Assembly: GCA_013288305.1 (NCBI GenBank)
Contig: JABDCD010000005.1
Span: 1 to 48,606, forward strand
From: Alphaproteobacteria bacterium
Lineage (GTDB): Bacteria > Pseudomonadota > Alphaproteobacteria > Rickettsiales > SXRF01
Direction: 5' to 3'
Length of the DNA: 48,606 bases
Part shown: positions 10,153-19,895 of the stretch, one piece after another
How positions within the stretch are numbered: the stretch's first letter is position 1
How the letters are laid out: every line of letters begins with the position of its first letter
Translations under genes and position numbers: made by a program
Notes under the pieces: generated by a model
What the model was told of the DNA's origin: nothing
What the model saw: the letters and a program-made list of their open reading frames with translations, nothing else
Databases searched by the model: none

Positions 10153-12630
10153 ATGACCGACAGTAACGACACCATGAAAAAAGAAACCCTGAAAGTGGCC
10201 AACCCCGGTCGGCTGCAGCTCACCAAAACCGTCGAAAGCGGCAAGGTGAAGCAGAGTTTCACGCACGGGCGCTCCAAGAGCGTGACGGTGGAAGTGCGCA
10301 AAACCCGCACCTTCGCGCAGGGCGCCACCGGCGGCATGGTCGAGGTCAAGCCGCAGGGCGCGCCTACCGGTTTCAACGCGGCATCGCTGCAATCCATGCA
10401 TGATGACGAGTCGATGCGCCATCTCACCAATGACGAAAAACTGGCGCGCCTCAAGGCCCTGCACATCGCCGAGGAGGAAATGAAACGCGCCACCGAGCGC
10501 ACCTCGCAACTTCCCGAAGAAGACCGCAAGCGCAAGCCGCAAAAAGCCGAAGACGAAATCCCCACCGTCAGCGCCGATGATCTGGCGGTGGCGTCGATGC
10601 TGCCGGAAAGCGGTAAGAAATCGGCGGCGGCTGTGCCTCCTGCCAAGCTCAAGGCGCATCATCCGGACGAGGAAGGCGAGCGCAGCGACAAAGGCAAAGG
10701 CGGCAAATTAAAATTACGCGGCGGCGAAGAGCGCCGTTCTTCCGGCAAAATCACCGTGCACCAGGCGTTGTCCAATATCGAGGAACAGCGCATGCGCTCG
10801 CTGGCCTCCATCCGCCGCGCCCGCGAAAAAGCGATCAAAAAAGCGCAGGGCGGTCATCAGGAAGCCGAGAAAGTCATCCGCGACGTCGTCATTCCCGAAG
10901 CCATCACTGTCGCCGAGCTGGCCAACCGCATGGCGGCGCGCACCGTCGACGTCATCAAAGTGCTGATGAAACTGGGCATGATGGTGACGGCGACGCAATC
11001 CATCGACGCCGATACCGCCGAGCTGGTGGTCAGTGAATTCGGCCATAAATTCAAGCGCGTCACCGAGGGCGACGTCGAAAATGTCTTGAAGGAAGATGAT
11101 CAGGAAGACGCGGCGCATCTCAAGCCGCGTCCGCCGGTCGTCACCGTCATGGGGCATGTCGATCACGGCAAGACCTCGCTGCTCGACGCGCTGCGCAAGA
11201 CTAATGTGGTATCCGGAGAAGCCGGCGGCATCACGCAGCATATCGGCGCCTATCAAGTGGAACTCACCGGCGGCCAGAAGGTGACATTCCTCGATACGCC
11301 CGGCCACGAAGCCTTCACTGCCATGCGCGCCCGCGGCGCCAAGATCACTGACATTGTCGTGCTCGTCGTCGCCGCCGATGATGGCATCATGGAGCAGACG
11401 AAGGAAGCCATCGCTCACGCTAAGGCGGCGGAAGTGCCCATCGTCGTCGCCGTCAACAAAATCGATAAACCGGGCGCCGATAGCGCGCGGGTGAAAAACG
11501 AATTGATGCAATACGGCCTCGTGCCTGAGGAATTCGGCGGCGAAACGATTGTCGTCGAAGTGTCGGCCAAGACCGGGCAGAATCTCGACAAGCTGGTCGA
11601 ATCGCTGCTGGTGCAGGCCGAAATACTCGAACTCAAGGCCAATCCTGACCGTGCCGCTGCCGGCGTCGTCGTCGAAGCGCGGCTTGACCAGGGTAAGGGC
11701 GTCGTCACCACCATCCTTGTGCAAAAAGGCACGCTGCATACGGGCGATATTGTCGTCGCCGGTCCGGCCTACGGGCGCGTGCGCACGCTGGTCGACGACA
11801 AAGGCCAGACGCTGAAAGCCGCCACGCCCGGTACGCCGGTGGTCATCCTGGGCTTAAGCCACGCACCCGAAGCGGGTGACGAATTCTCGGTCGTCGAGAA
11901 CGAAAAAACCGCGCGCGACATCGCCGAATACCGCGAGCGCCGCACCCGTGAGCAGAATGTCGTGCTGGCAACGCGCACGATGGAATCGCTATTTGGCGAG
12001 GCAGCGGGCACCAATGCCAAGGAATTGCCGGTGATCATCAAAGCCGACGTGCAGGGTTCGGTCGAAGCCATCGCCCAGTCGCTCTCCAAATATTCGGGCG
12101 AGGAAGTGGCGGTGAAACTACTTCATTCCGGCGTCGGCGGCATTTCCGAATCCGACGTTACGCTGGCCAAGGCCACCGGCGCCATGATCATCGCCTTCAA
12201 TGTACGCGCCGCGCCCAAAGCCAAGGAAATGGCCGCCAAGGACAAGGTCAACATCCGCTATTATTCGATCATTTATGAAGTGGTCGATGACGTGAAAGCG
12301 GCGCTGTCGGGCATGTTGTCGCCGACGCTCAAGGAAAATTTCCTGGGCTACGCTGAAATCCGCGAAGTGTTCAACATCAGCAAGGCCGGTAAAGTCGCAG
12401 GCTGCATGGTCACCGACGGCATCATCAAGCGCGGTACGAAAGTACGCCTGCTGCGCGACAACGTCGTCATCCACGAAGGTACGCTCAAAACCCTCAAGCG
12501 CTTCAAGGACGAAGTCAAGGAAGTTAAAAGCGGCTTGGAGTGCGGCATGGCCTTCGAGAATTACGAGGACATCCGCCAGGGCGACCAGATCGAATGCTTC
12601 GAGGTGGAGCAGGTGGCGAGGACGGTTTAG
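10153..12630 (+). CDS. infB: translation initiation factor IF-2
   Basis: [31 protein letters not shown] and NKID motifs. Confidence 0.98.
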   Translation: MTDSNDTMKKETLKVANPGRLQLTKTVESGKVKQSFTHGRSKSVTVEVRKTRTFAQGATGGMVEVKPQGAPTGFNAASLQSMHDDESMRHLTNDEKLARLKALHIAEEEMKRATERTSQLPEEDRKRKPQKAEDEIPTVSADDLAVASMLPESGKKSAAAVPPAKLKAHHPDEEGERSDKGKGGKLKLRGGEERRSSGKITVHQALSNIEEQRMRSLASIRRAREKAIKKAQGGHQEAEKVIRDVVIPEAITVAELANRMAARTVDVIKVLMKLGMMVTATQSIDADTAELVVSEFGHKFKRVTEGDVENVLKEDDQEDAAHLKPRPPVVTVMGHVDHGKTSLLDALRKTNVVSGEAGGITQHIGAYQVELTGGQKVTFLDTPGHEAFTAMRARGAKITDIVVLVVAADDGIMEQTKEAIAHAKAAEVPIVVAVNKIDKPGADSARVKNELMQYGLVPEEFGGETIVVEVSAKTGQNLDKLVESLLVQAEILELKANPDRAAAGVVVEARLDQGKGVVTTILVQKGTLHTGDIVVAGPAYGRVRTLVDDKGQTLKAATPGTPVVILGLSHAPEAGDEFSVVENEKTARDIAEYRERRTREQNVVLATRTMESLFGEAAGTNAKELPVIIKADVQGSVEAIAQSLSKYSGEEVAVKLLHSGVGGISESDVTLAKATGAMIIAFNVRAAPKAKEMAAKDKVNIRYYSIIYEVVDDVKAALSGMLSPTLKENFLGYAEIREVFNISKAGKVAGCMVTDGIIKRGTKVRLLRDNVVIHEGTLKTLKRFKDEVKEVKSGLECGMAFENYEDIRQGDQIECFEVEQVARTV

Positions 12631-12708
12631 TCATTAGTCGCCAGTCGTTAGTCGTTAGCGAGGGGCGGCGAAAGAAAACTAACGACTAAAGACTAGCGAC
12701 TAACGGCT
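12627..12708. repeat. heptamer inverted-repeat hairpin (AGTCGTT unit)
   Basis: agtcatt agtcgcc agtcgtt agtcgtt ... aacgact aaagact agcgact aacggct. Confidence 0.85.
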
Positions 12709-12712
12709 TCTT

Positions 12713-13129
12713 ATGTCCAAACTTCACGATTTTTTTTCCAACAAAGGGAACACCGTCCAACGCAACCTCCGCGTCGGCGAGGAAATCCGGCATATTCTGG
12801 CCGATATTTTCCTGCGCGGCGAAAGCAATTCGCCGGAGCTGTTCGACGTGGCTATCACCATTTCGGAAGTGCGCGTCAGTCCGGATTTGAAAAACGCCAC
12901 GGTGTTTGTTATGCCGCTGGCCGGCGAAAACAAAGAAAAGCTGCTGCTGGCGCTCAAGGCCGCCCAGCCGGAAATCCGCTACCTCGTATCGAAACGCGTC
13001 AAGCTGCGCCACACGCCTAAAATATATTTCGCCCTCGACGAATCGTTCGACGAAGCGCAGCGCATCAACGAGTTGCTGAAGAAGCCGGAAGTGGCAAGGG
13101 ATTTAGAAAAACCCGTCAGCGACACATAA
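12713..13129 (+). CDS. rbfA: ribosome-binding factor A
   Basis: RVGEEIR, ITISEVRVSPDLKNATVF and LRHTPKIYF motifs; synteny. Confidence 0.95.
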   Translation: MSKLHDFFSNKGNTVQRNLRVGEEIRHILADIFLRGESNSPELFDVAITISEVRVSPDLKNATVFVMPLAGENKEKLLLALKAAQPEIRYLVSKRVKLRHTPKIYFALDESFDEAQRINELLKKPEVARDLEKPVSDT

Positions 13130-14061
13130 TGCACCGCTGGATTATCCTCGACAAACCTTCGGGTATTACCTCCGCCCATGCGGTGGCGAAGGTGAAAAGG
13201 CTGCTTAAACCCCAAAAAATTGGCCATGCCGGGACGCTCGACCCGCTGGCATCGGGCGTGCTGCCGCTGGCGCTGGGCGAGGCGACCAAGACCGTCGCTT
13301 ATATGATGGATGCCGCCAAGGCCTATGAATTCACCGTCACCTGGGGACAGGAGCGCGATACCGACGATAGCGAGGGGAAAATCACCCACACATCCGAAAA
13401 ACGCCCGGCGAAAGCAGAAATCCTGGCTCTCTTGCCGCAATTCATAGGAAAAATCCAGCAAACGCCGCCCGCCTTTTCCGCCATCAAGGTCGGAGGCAAA
13501 CGCTCCTATGACTTGGCAAGGAGCGGGGAAGGAGTGGAACTGAAGGCGCGGGAGGTGAGGGTGGACTCGCTTCATTTGTCATCCTCGGGCTTGACCCGAG
13601 GATCCATCGTAAAGGACTATGCCGCGCCCACGGCGCTTGCGATGGATCCCCGCCTGCGCGGGGATGACAGTTTCGTATGCCACTGCGGCAAGGGCGTTTA
13701 TATACGTTCGCTGGCGCGGGATATGGGGCGGGAATTGGGCTGTTTTGGCTATGTTTCGCGTCTGAGGCGCATTAAAGTCGGAAAATTCGACCAAACCCAC
13801 GCGATTTCGCTGGAAATGCTGGAAGAAATGGTGCATAAAGGCGACCTTGGTTTTTTAATGCCCGTCGAATCTGCGCTGGACGACATCCTGGCAATCGACA
13901 TCACCGATGACCAAGCCATTCGCTTGCAGCGTGGCCAGAACGTGGTTCTTCCCTTGAATGCGGAGTGTTCGACGATGATAGCGCGCTCGGGCGGCAAGCT
14001 GATTGCCATCTGCGAGTGGAAAGAAAGCCGGTTGAAGCCGGTGCGTGTGTTTAATTTATGA
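13129..14061 (+). CDS. truB: tRNA pseudouridine(55) synthase with an in-frame palindromic insert
   Basis: KIGHAGTLDPLASGVL, PPAFSAIKVGG and CGKGVYIRSLARD motifs. Confidence 0.96.
   Translation: MHRWIILDKPSGITSAHAVAKVKRLLKPQKIGHAGTLDPLASGVLPLALGEATKTVAYMMDAAKAYEFTVTWGQERDTDDSEGKITHTSEKRPAKAEILALLPQFIGKIQQTPPAFSAIKVGGKRSYDLARSGEGVELKAREVRVDSLHLSSSGLTRGSIVKDYAAPTALAMDPRLRGDDSFVCHCGKGVYIRSLARDMGRELGCFGYVSRLRRIKVGKFDQTHAISLEMLEEMVHKGDLGFLMPVESALDDILAIDITDDQAIRLQRGQNVVLPLNAECSTMIARSGGKLIAICEWKESRLKPVRVFNL
13577..13669. repeat. REP/RPE-like palindromic element inside truB
   Basis: TGTCATCC...GGATGACA termini, two internal hairpins, 93 bp. Confidence 0.9.
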
Positions 14062-14128
14062 GTGCTCAGTTTAGAGTGCTGAGTGCTGAGAAAAAACTCG
14101 GCACTGTGTACTCGGCACTCGCAACTCA
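14059..14128. repeat. heptamer inverted-repeat hairpin (TGAGTGC unit)
   Basis: tgagtgc tcagttt agagtgc tgagtgc tgag ... actcg gcactgt gtactcg gcactcg caactca. Confidence 0.85.
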
Positions 14129-14146
14129 ATAGAAAGGAAAGCTGCG

Positions 14147-14428
14147 ATGTCGAGTAAAGCGAAGAAAAAAGAGACTGTGAAACAAGACGTCATCAAAAAA
14201 TTCGCCACCGCCAAGGACGATACCGGCTCGCCGGAAGTCCAGGTGGCACTGCTGACCGACCGGATCAACCACCTGACCGGCCATTTCGAGGCGCACAAAA
14301 ACGACCATCATTCGCGCCGTGGGCTGCTTATCATGGTCGGCCGTCGCCGCCGCCTTCTTGATTATTTGAAGAAGATCGACAGCGAGCGGTATGAAGGAAT
14401 CATCAAGAAGCTTGGCATCAGGAAATAA
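14147..14428 (+). CDS. rpsO: 30S ribosomal protein S15
   Basis: [13 protein letters not shown] and [22 protein letters not shown] motifs. Confidence 0.98.
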   Translation: MSSKAKKKETVKQDVIKKFATAKDDTGSPEVQVALLTDRINHLTGHFEAHKNDHHSRRGLLIMVGRRRRLLDYLKKIDSERYEGIIKKLGIRK

Positions 14429-14432
14429 TGCC

Positions 14433-14499
14433 TTTCAATCTCCGCGAAGGTGGGGATCCATTTAATAAGAACTGGATTCCCGCCTTCGCGGGAATGACA
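14433..14499. repeat. REP-like palindromic element between rpsO and pnp
   Basis: Degenerate left arm ctccgcgaaggtggggatcca; right arm tggattcccgccttcgcgggaatgaca, matching the right arm of the truB insert. Confidence 0.85.
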
Positions 14500-14528
14500 A
14501 ACAACGAAACAGGAAAGAGAGATATACA

Positions 14529-16655
14529 ATGTTCAACATCACCAAGAAATCCATCGAATGGGGCGGTCGCGTACTCACACTGGAAACCGGGCGCGTGGCG
14601 CGCCAGGCCGACGGCGCGGTGCTCGCCACTTATGGCAATACCGTCGTGCTGTGCACGGTGGTTTCCGCGAAAACCCCGAAACCCGACGTGGATTTTTTCC
14701 CGCTGACGGTCAATTATCAGGAAAAAGCTTTCGCTGCCGGTAAAATTCCCGGCGGGTTTTTCAAGCGCGAAGGACGCCCGACCGAAAAGGAAGTGCTGAC
14801 CTCGCGGCTCATCGACCGCCCGATCCGCCCGCTGTTCATCAGCGGCTTTTACCATGAAACGCAGGTCGTCTGCACGCTGCTTTCGCACGATTTGCAGAAC
14901 GATCCCGATGTCGTCGCTCTGGTAGGCGCTTCGGCGGCACTCACCATTTCCGGCATCCCGTTCATGGGGCCGATCGGCGGTTGCCGCGTCGGTTATGTAA
15001 ACGGCGAATATCTGCTCAACCCGACCAAAGCCGAATTGCTCGACAGCCAGCTCGACCTCATCGTCGCCGGCACCAAGAAATCGGTGCTGATGGTGGAATC
15101 GGAAGCGCACGAGCTTTCCGAAGAAGTCATGCTTGGCGCGGTCATGTTCGGCCACCGCGAGATGCAGCCGGTCATGGACATGATCGTCGACCTTGCCGAA
15201 ATCTGCGCCAAGGACCCATGGGAAATGCCTAAGACCGTGGATGCCAAGCTGGTCAAGGAAGTGCGCGAGCTGGCGGAAGCCGACCTGCGCGCCGCCTATA
15301 AGATCACCGGCAAGCAGGAACGCTCGAACAAGCTCGACGAGATCAAAGCCAAGGTGAAAGTGGCATTCGAAGGCCGCGGCCATGACGATAAAGTCATCGG
15401 CAACCAGGTCAAGAAAGTCGAGCAGGACATCGTCCGCACCGATTACGTGCAAAGCCAGAAGCGTATCGACGGCCGCGGCCCGGCCGACATCCGCCCGATT
15501 CAATGCGAAGTCGGCGTGCTGCCGATGACGCACGGCTCGGCGCTGTTCACCCGTGGCGAAACGCAGGCCATCGTCGTCGCCACGCTGGGCACCAGCCAGG
15601 ACGAGCAGCGCATCGATGCGCTCGACGGCGAATATACCGAAGGCTTCATGCTGCATTATAATTTCCCGCCTTATTCCACCGGCGAAACCGGCCGCATGGG
15701 CAGCCCCGGACGCCGCGAAATCGGCCACGGCAAGCTGGCCTGGCGCGCCGTGCATCCGCTGCTGCCGGAAAAAGACGAGTTTCCCTACACGCTGCGTTGC
15801 GTATCGGAAATCACCGAGTCCAACGGCAGTTCGTCGATGGCCACCGTCTGCGGCACGTCGCTGTCGCTGATGGATGCCGGTGCGCCGCTGAAGCGGCCCG
15901 TTGCCGGTATCGCCATGGGGCTGATTAAGGAAAAAAGCGGCTTCATCGTGCTATCCGATATCTTAGGCGACGAGGATCATCTCGGCGACATGGATTTCAA
16001 AGTGGCCGGTACCGAAAAAGGCATCACCGCGCTGCAGATGGACATCAAGATCGACGGCATCACCGAAGAAATAATGAAGGTGGCGCTTGAGCAGGCGCAC
16101 GGTGGCCGCAAGCACATCCTGGGCGAAATGGGCAAGGCGCTCTCCGCCCCGCGCAGCTCGGTCGGCCGCACCGCCCCGCGCATCACCTCGATGACCATCG
16201 CCAAGGATAAAATCCGCGAAGTGATCGGCAGCGGCGGCAAAGTCATCCGCGAAATCTGCGAAGTGACCGGCGCCAAGATCGACATCGAGGATGACGGCAC
16301 CGTGCGTATCGCCGCCACCAGCGAGGAAGCGGGCAAAAAAGCCTATGACTGGATTTATTCCATCGTCGCCGAGCCGGAAATCGGCAAGATTTATACCGGC
16401 AAAGTCGTGCGCGTCGTCGATTTCGGCGCCTTCGTCAATTTCATGGGGCCGAAGGACGGCCTGGTGCATATCAGCGAGCTCGCCGATCATCGTGTCAACA
16501 AAGTCGAGGACATCGTACAGGAAGGCGATAGCGTGAAAGTCAAAGTGCTGGAGATGGACAATCGCGGCAAAATCCGTCTGTCGATGCGCATGGTCGACCA
16601 GGAGTCCGGCGAGGATATTTCTCATCGCATGACCAAGGAACGCAAACCGGCTTAG
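14529..16655 (+). CDS. pnp: polyribonucleotide nucleotidyltransferase
   Basis: [36 protein letters not shown] and [12 protein letters not shown] motifs; KH and S1 domains. Confidence 0.98.
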   Translation: MFNITKKSIEWGGRVLTLETGRVARQADGAVLATYGNTVVLCTVVSAKTPKPDVDFFPLTVNYQEKAFAAGKIPGGFFKREGRPTEKEVLTSRLIDRPIRPLFISGFYHETQVVCTLLSHDLQNDPDVVALVGASAALTISGIPFMGPIGGCRVGYVNGEYLLNPTKAELLDSQLDLIVAGTKKSVLMVESEAHELSEEVMLGAVMFGHREMQPVMDMIVDLAEICAKDPWEMPKTVDAKLVKEVRELAEADLRAAYKITGKQERSNKLDEIKAKVKVAFEGRGHDDKVIGNQVKKVEQDIVRTDYVQSQKRIDGRGPADIRPIQCEVGVLPMTHGSALFTRGETQAIVVATLGTSQDEQRIDALDGEYTEGFMLHYNFPPYSTGETGRMGSPGRREIGHGKLAWRAVHPLLPEKDEFPYTLRCVSEITESNGSSSMATVCGTSLSLMDAGAPLKRPVAGIAMGLIKEKSGFIVLSDILGDEDHLGDMDFKVAGTEKGITALQMDIKIDGITEEIMKVALEQAHGGRKHILGEMGKALSAPRSSVGRTAPRITSMTIAKDKIREVIGSGGKVIREICEVTGAKIDIEDDGTVRIAATSEEAGKKAYDWIYSIVAEPEIGKIYTGKVVRVVDFGAFVNFMGPKDGLVHISELADHRVNKVEDIVQEGDSVKVKVLEMDNRGKIRLSMRMVDQESGEDISHRMTKERKPA

Positions 16656-16673
16656 CTTGTTTGACATAGGATG

Positions 16674-16708
16674 AAAAATACCCTCCCTAAACCGGAGGGT
16701 ATTTTTTT
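16674..16708 (+). terminator. intrinsic terminator after pnp
   Basis: AAAAATACCCTCC-ctaaacc-GGAGGGTATTTTTTT. Confidence 0.85.
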
Positions 16709-16733
16709 AAGCGACGGGCTTTATAAAAGACAT

Positions 16734-18629
16734 ATGCAATTGGCTCACCCCAAATATCGCGCCGACATCGATGGCTTACGCGCCGTCGCCATTCTGGCCG
16801 TGGTCGGGTTTCACGCCTTCCCGGCCGTGCTCAAAGGCGGCTTCGTCGGCGTGGATATTTTCTTTGTCATTTCCGGTTTTTTAATCAGCGGCATTATTTT
16901 CGGCAATCTGGAAAATAACAGCTTTAGTTTTGCCGAATTTTACCGCCGCCGCATCCGGCGCATTTTCCCCGCGCTGATAGCGGTGCTCATCGCCAGCCTC
17001 GTATGGGGATGGTTCGTGCCATTGCCCAGCGTATACCGGCAGTTGGGCCGGCACATCGCCGCCAGTGCCGCTTTTTACTCCAACTTCGTATTATGGCACG
17101 AAGCCGGATATTTCGATGCGGCCGCCCTGAACAAACCCCTGCGGCACATATGGTCGCTCGCCATCGAAGAGCAGTTTTATATCATCTGGCCGTTGCTGGT
17201 CTGGCTGATATGGAAGAAGCGGTTGGGCCGCCTGGCCGTTTGCCTGGGTATCATCCTGGCCTCCTTCTATATCAATGCGCGGTTGGTACCAAACCACCAG
17301 ATTGCCGCTTTTTATTCACCGCTATCGCGCTTCTGGGAGTTGACTGCGGGAAGCCTGCTGGCCTATCTCACGCTTCACCCACCCGCGTTCTATGCGCGTC
17401 TTGCAGAACGAACCGTGCTACCCAACGCCAATGCCAAAGCCATCGCCGGGATGCTGCTCATCGTCTCAACCGTGTTTTATGCCATACCTCAAGACCAATT
17501 TCCGGGCTGGTGGGCATTGCCGCCGGTAGCGGGCGCATATCTGGTGATTTCCGCGGGCCGGGATGCCTGGATCAATCGCATCGTCTTGTCCAGCCGCCTG
17601 CTGGTATGGATCGGCCTCATCAGCTACCCCTTATATTTGTGGCACTGGCCGTTATTGTCGTTTGCTTATATTCAGGAGGGTCCGGCATCGTCCCCGCTGC
17701 CGGTTCGTGCGGCGCTTGTCCTGGCGAGTATTGCGCTGGCGTGGCTGACTTACCGGCTGGTCGAAAAACCGATTCGTTTCGGTCCGCGCGGCAAAGAAAA
17801 AACCGCGACGCTGTGCGCCTTGATGGTGGTGATAGGGTATGCCGGGAATTATATCGACAGGCATGACGGCCTCGAAGGCAGGTTTCCGCCCATCGTTCAG
17901 CAGATCCTGAATTTCAAGTTCGATCATCTCACGGCGTGGCGGGTAGGCACCTGCTTTTTGGAGCCGGAGTCCCATCCTGCCTTTGGGGATTGCACCAGCC
18001 ATCCTGTCTCCGCCGCCCGGCACTCCGTGGTCTTATGGGGCGATTCGTTCGCTGCCAGCCTTTATCCCGGGTTCAAAAAAACCATCGGTGATGTCGACCA
18101 ACTTACTCAATTAAGCGCCAAAGGCTGTGTGCCGATTCTGGATTACCAGGGCAAAGAGCCGGATCCTTACTGTAAAAATCTGAACGATTATACATTTGAA
18201 TATATCAAAGCGGAAAAAACCGATCGCGTCGTGCTGGCCGGATCGTGGGAGCAATATGATTGGACGCAGATCGATAATACCGTGAAGAAACTGCGTCAGA
18301 TCGGCATCAAAAGAATCGACCTGGTGGGCACCTTTCCTGACTGGAAAGGAATTCTGTCGCAGCTGCTCTACAATTATTACCGGTCAGAGCAGCGCATACC
18401 CTATCGCATGGATTATAGTTTTCTCAATGACCATCGCGACCTCGACAAAACGATGGCGGAATATGCGAAAAAAGCCGGGATCAATTATATTTCCGTCCTT
18501 GGGATTTTCTGCAATGACGAGGGTTGCCTGGCGCGGGTAGGTGATACTGGAGATACACTGACTTCGTGGAATAACCACCATCTGACGGCCGCCGGGTCGG
18601 AATATGTGGTGTCGCGCTTTCCGAAATGA
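16734..18629 (+). CDS. OafA-like O-acyltransferase (acyltransferase_3 plus SGNH domain)
   Basis: YRADIDGLRAVA, GVDIFFVISGF, HIWSLAIEEQFY, ISYPLYLWHWP and WGDSFA motifs. Start moved to 16734 because the longer start lies in the terminator. Confidence 0.92.
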   Translation: MQLAHPKYRADIDGLRAVAILAVVGFHAFPAVLKGGFVGVDIFFVISGFLISGIIFGNLENNSFSFAEFYRRRIRRIFPALIAVLIASLVWGWFVPLPSVYRQLGRHIAASAAFYSNFVLWHEAGYFDAAALNKPLRHIWSLAIEEQFYIIWPLLVWLIWKKRLGRLAVCLGIILASFYINARLVPNHQIAAFYSPLSRFWELTAGSLLAYLTLHPPAFYARLAERTVLPNANAKAIAGMLLIVSTVFYAIPQDQFPGWWALPPVAGAYLVISAGRDAWINRIVLSSRLLVWIGLISYPLYLWHWPLLSFAYIQEGPASSPLPVRAALVLASIALAWLTYRLVEKPIRFGPRGKEKTATLCALMVVIGYAGNYIDRHDGLEGRFPPIVQQILNFKFDHLTAWRVGTCFLEPESHPAFGDCTSHPVSAARHSVVLWGDSFAASLYPGFKKTIGDVDQLTQLSAKGCVPILDYQGKEPDPYCKNLNDYTFEYIKAEKTDRVVLAGSWEQYDWTQIDNTVKKLRQIGIKRIDLVGTFPDWKGILSQLLYNYYRSEQRIPYRMDYSFLNDHRDLDKTMAEYAKKAGINYISVLGIFCNDEGCLARVGDTGDTLTSWNNHHLTAAGSEYVVSRFPK

Positions 18630-18639
18630 AGCTCTGGCG

Positions 18640-18667
18640 AAAAAAAGGGGCTTCCAAAGAAGCCCCT
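18640..18667 (-). terminator. intrinsic terminator between convergent genes
   Basis: A-run followed by AGGGGCTTC-caaa-GAAGCCCCT; the U-tract is on the minus strand. Confidence 0.75.
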
Positions 18668-18692
18668 CATTTTCAGTAGCTCAGATGCGCGA

Positions 18693-18872
18693 TTAGAGGC
18701 GGATCGGAGTCACTTTTCTGGCCGCCATGGACCGTGCCATCAGGCTAAGGCCCATCTTCGGCTTAGAACGTTTTGCTACTTTCCTTCGGGCAGCAGGCCT
18801 TTTCTTGGCTACTTTCTTCTTCGACTTTTTAGCTACCTTCTTTTTTGCTGTCTTTTTTGCTTTCTTTTTCAT
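18693..18872 (-). CDS. small Lys/Ala-rich basic (histone H1-like) protein, 59 aa
   Basis: MKKKAKKTAKKKVAKKSKKKVAKKRPAARRKVAKR; GGAG RBS and its own terminator. Confidence 0.7.
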   Translation of the reverse strand: MKKKAKKTAKKKVAKKSKKKVAKKRPAARRKVAKRSKPKMGLSLMARSMAARKVTPIRL

Positions 18873-19024
18873 AAAGGACTCCATCTTGGTTGGAACAATA
18901 TCCACCCGCACCATGCGAATGAATATTGAACCCATGTATAACGCGAAAATGATAAATATTTTGTTAATGCAAAAAGCAAAACGGGGTTGTCACCGGCGCT
19001 TGCACAACGGCGCGTCACCATATC

Positions 19025-19099
19025 ATTCCGTATACGGAATTATTTGTATCACGGTAAAAACGGCGGTCACTCTTCGTTATATAATTCCATATCCGGAAC
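19025..19099. promoter_or_regulatory. pair of operator-like palindromes
   Basis: ATTCCGTATACGGAAT (19025-19040, perfect) and ATTCCATATCCGGAAC (19084-19099). Confidence 0.5.
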
Positions 19100-19234
19100 G
19101 ATAAATAATATTTACTGCGCACGCGGCAGACGGCGCAGCGGCTTTTTACGCCCATATTTTCATTTCGACTGTGATATAAAAATCACTATGGCGGCGTGCG
19201 ACGCAGTGCGATATATCACGTCTATATCATTATC

Positions 19235-19894
19235 ATGATTGCCATGAACCTCTGCCGCATCGCTTTATTTCTTTATTTTCTGTTCGCTTTTACCGGCGGC
19301 TATCCTGCTTTTGCCGCCCCCGATTCCTATTTCGACATGACCGAGACGCGTTCCGGGGACATCGTGCCGTTCAAGCGTTGGACCGGCATGATGACGCGCT
19401 ACGACGATCAGAAAAAAGTGCCCGACGATAATTGCGGCAAGGTGAAATTTCATCCCTGCTCGATCCTCGACTGGAAAGCGTTCCTGGAATCGCTGCGCGG
19501 CAAAAAGCTGCGCGAGCAGCTCGACGCCGTCAACGAGTGGGGCAACCAGCATCCCTACATCGCCGACGAGCTGAACTGGGGCGAAGACAATTACTGGGAG
19601 ACGCCCTATGAATTCATGGAAGTCAGCGGCAACTGCAAGGATTACGCCATCGCCAAATATTATTCGCTGCGCGCGCTCGGCGTGTCGCCCGACCGCCTGC
19701 GCGTCATCGTATTGCAGGATCTGAACCTTGGCGGCATCATCCACGCCGTGCTTGGCGTCTATGTCGCCGATGAATTATTGATCCTCGACAACCAAAGCCG
19801 CCGCGTCATGCCGGCGCTGAAAATCTATCACTACCGGCCGGTGTATGGCATCAACGAGGATGCATGGTGGGCGTATTATCCGAAGGGGACGTGA
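19235..19894 (+). CDS. transglutaminase-like cysteine peptidase (BTLCP/LapG-like), exported
   Basis: NYWETPYEF, GNCKDYAIAKY, HAVL and LILDN give a Cys-His-Asp triad; signal peptide; start uncertain (19235 or 19244). Confidence 0.9.
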   Translation: MIAMNLCRIALFLYFLFAFTGGYPAFAAPDSYFDMTETRSGDIVPFKRWTGMMTRYDDQKKVPDDNCGKVKFHPCSILDWKAFLESLRGKKLREQLDAVNEWGNQHPYIADELNWGEDNYWETPYEFMEVSGNCKDYAIAKYYSLRALGVSPDRLRVIVLQDLNLGGIIHAVLGVYVADELLILDNQSRRVMPALKIYHYRPVYGINEDAWWAYYPKGT

Positions 19895-19895
19895 C

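Noticed and set aside
14418-15755. Long antisense ORFs over pnp, infB, icd, the PpiD-like gene and pdhB
   Set aside because: Expected shadows of GC-biased codon usage; no motifs.
16671-16733. Longer ORF-track starts (acyltransferase; likewise msrB, eno, pdhA, lpdA, 35524-36291, COQ9)
   Set aside because: The extensions run through terminators, repeats or neighbouring genes; downstream starts fit family N-termini or RBS positions better.
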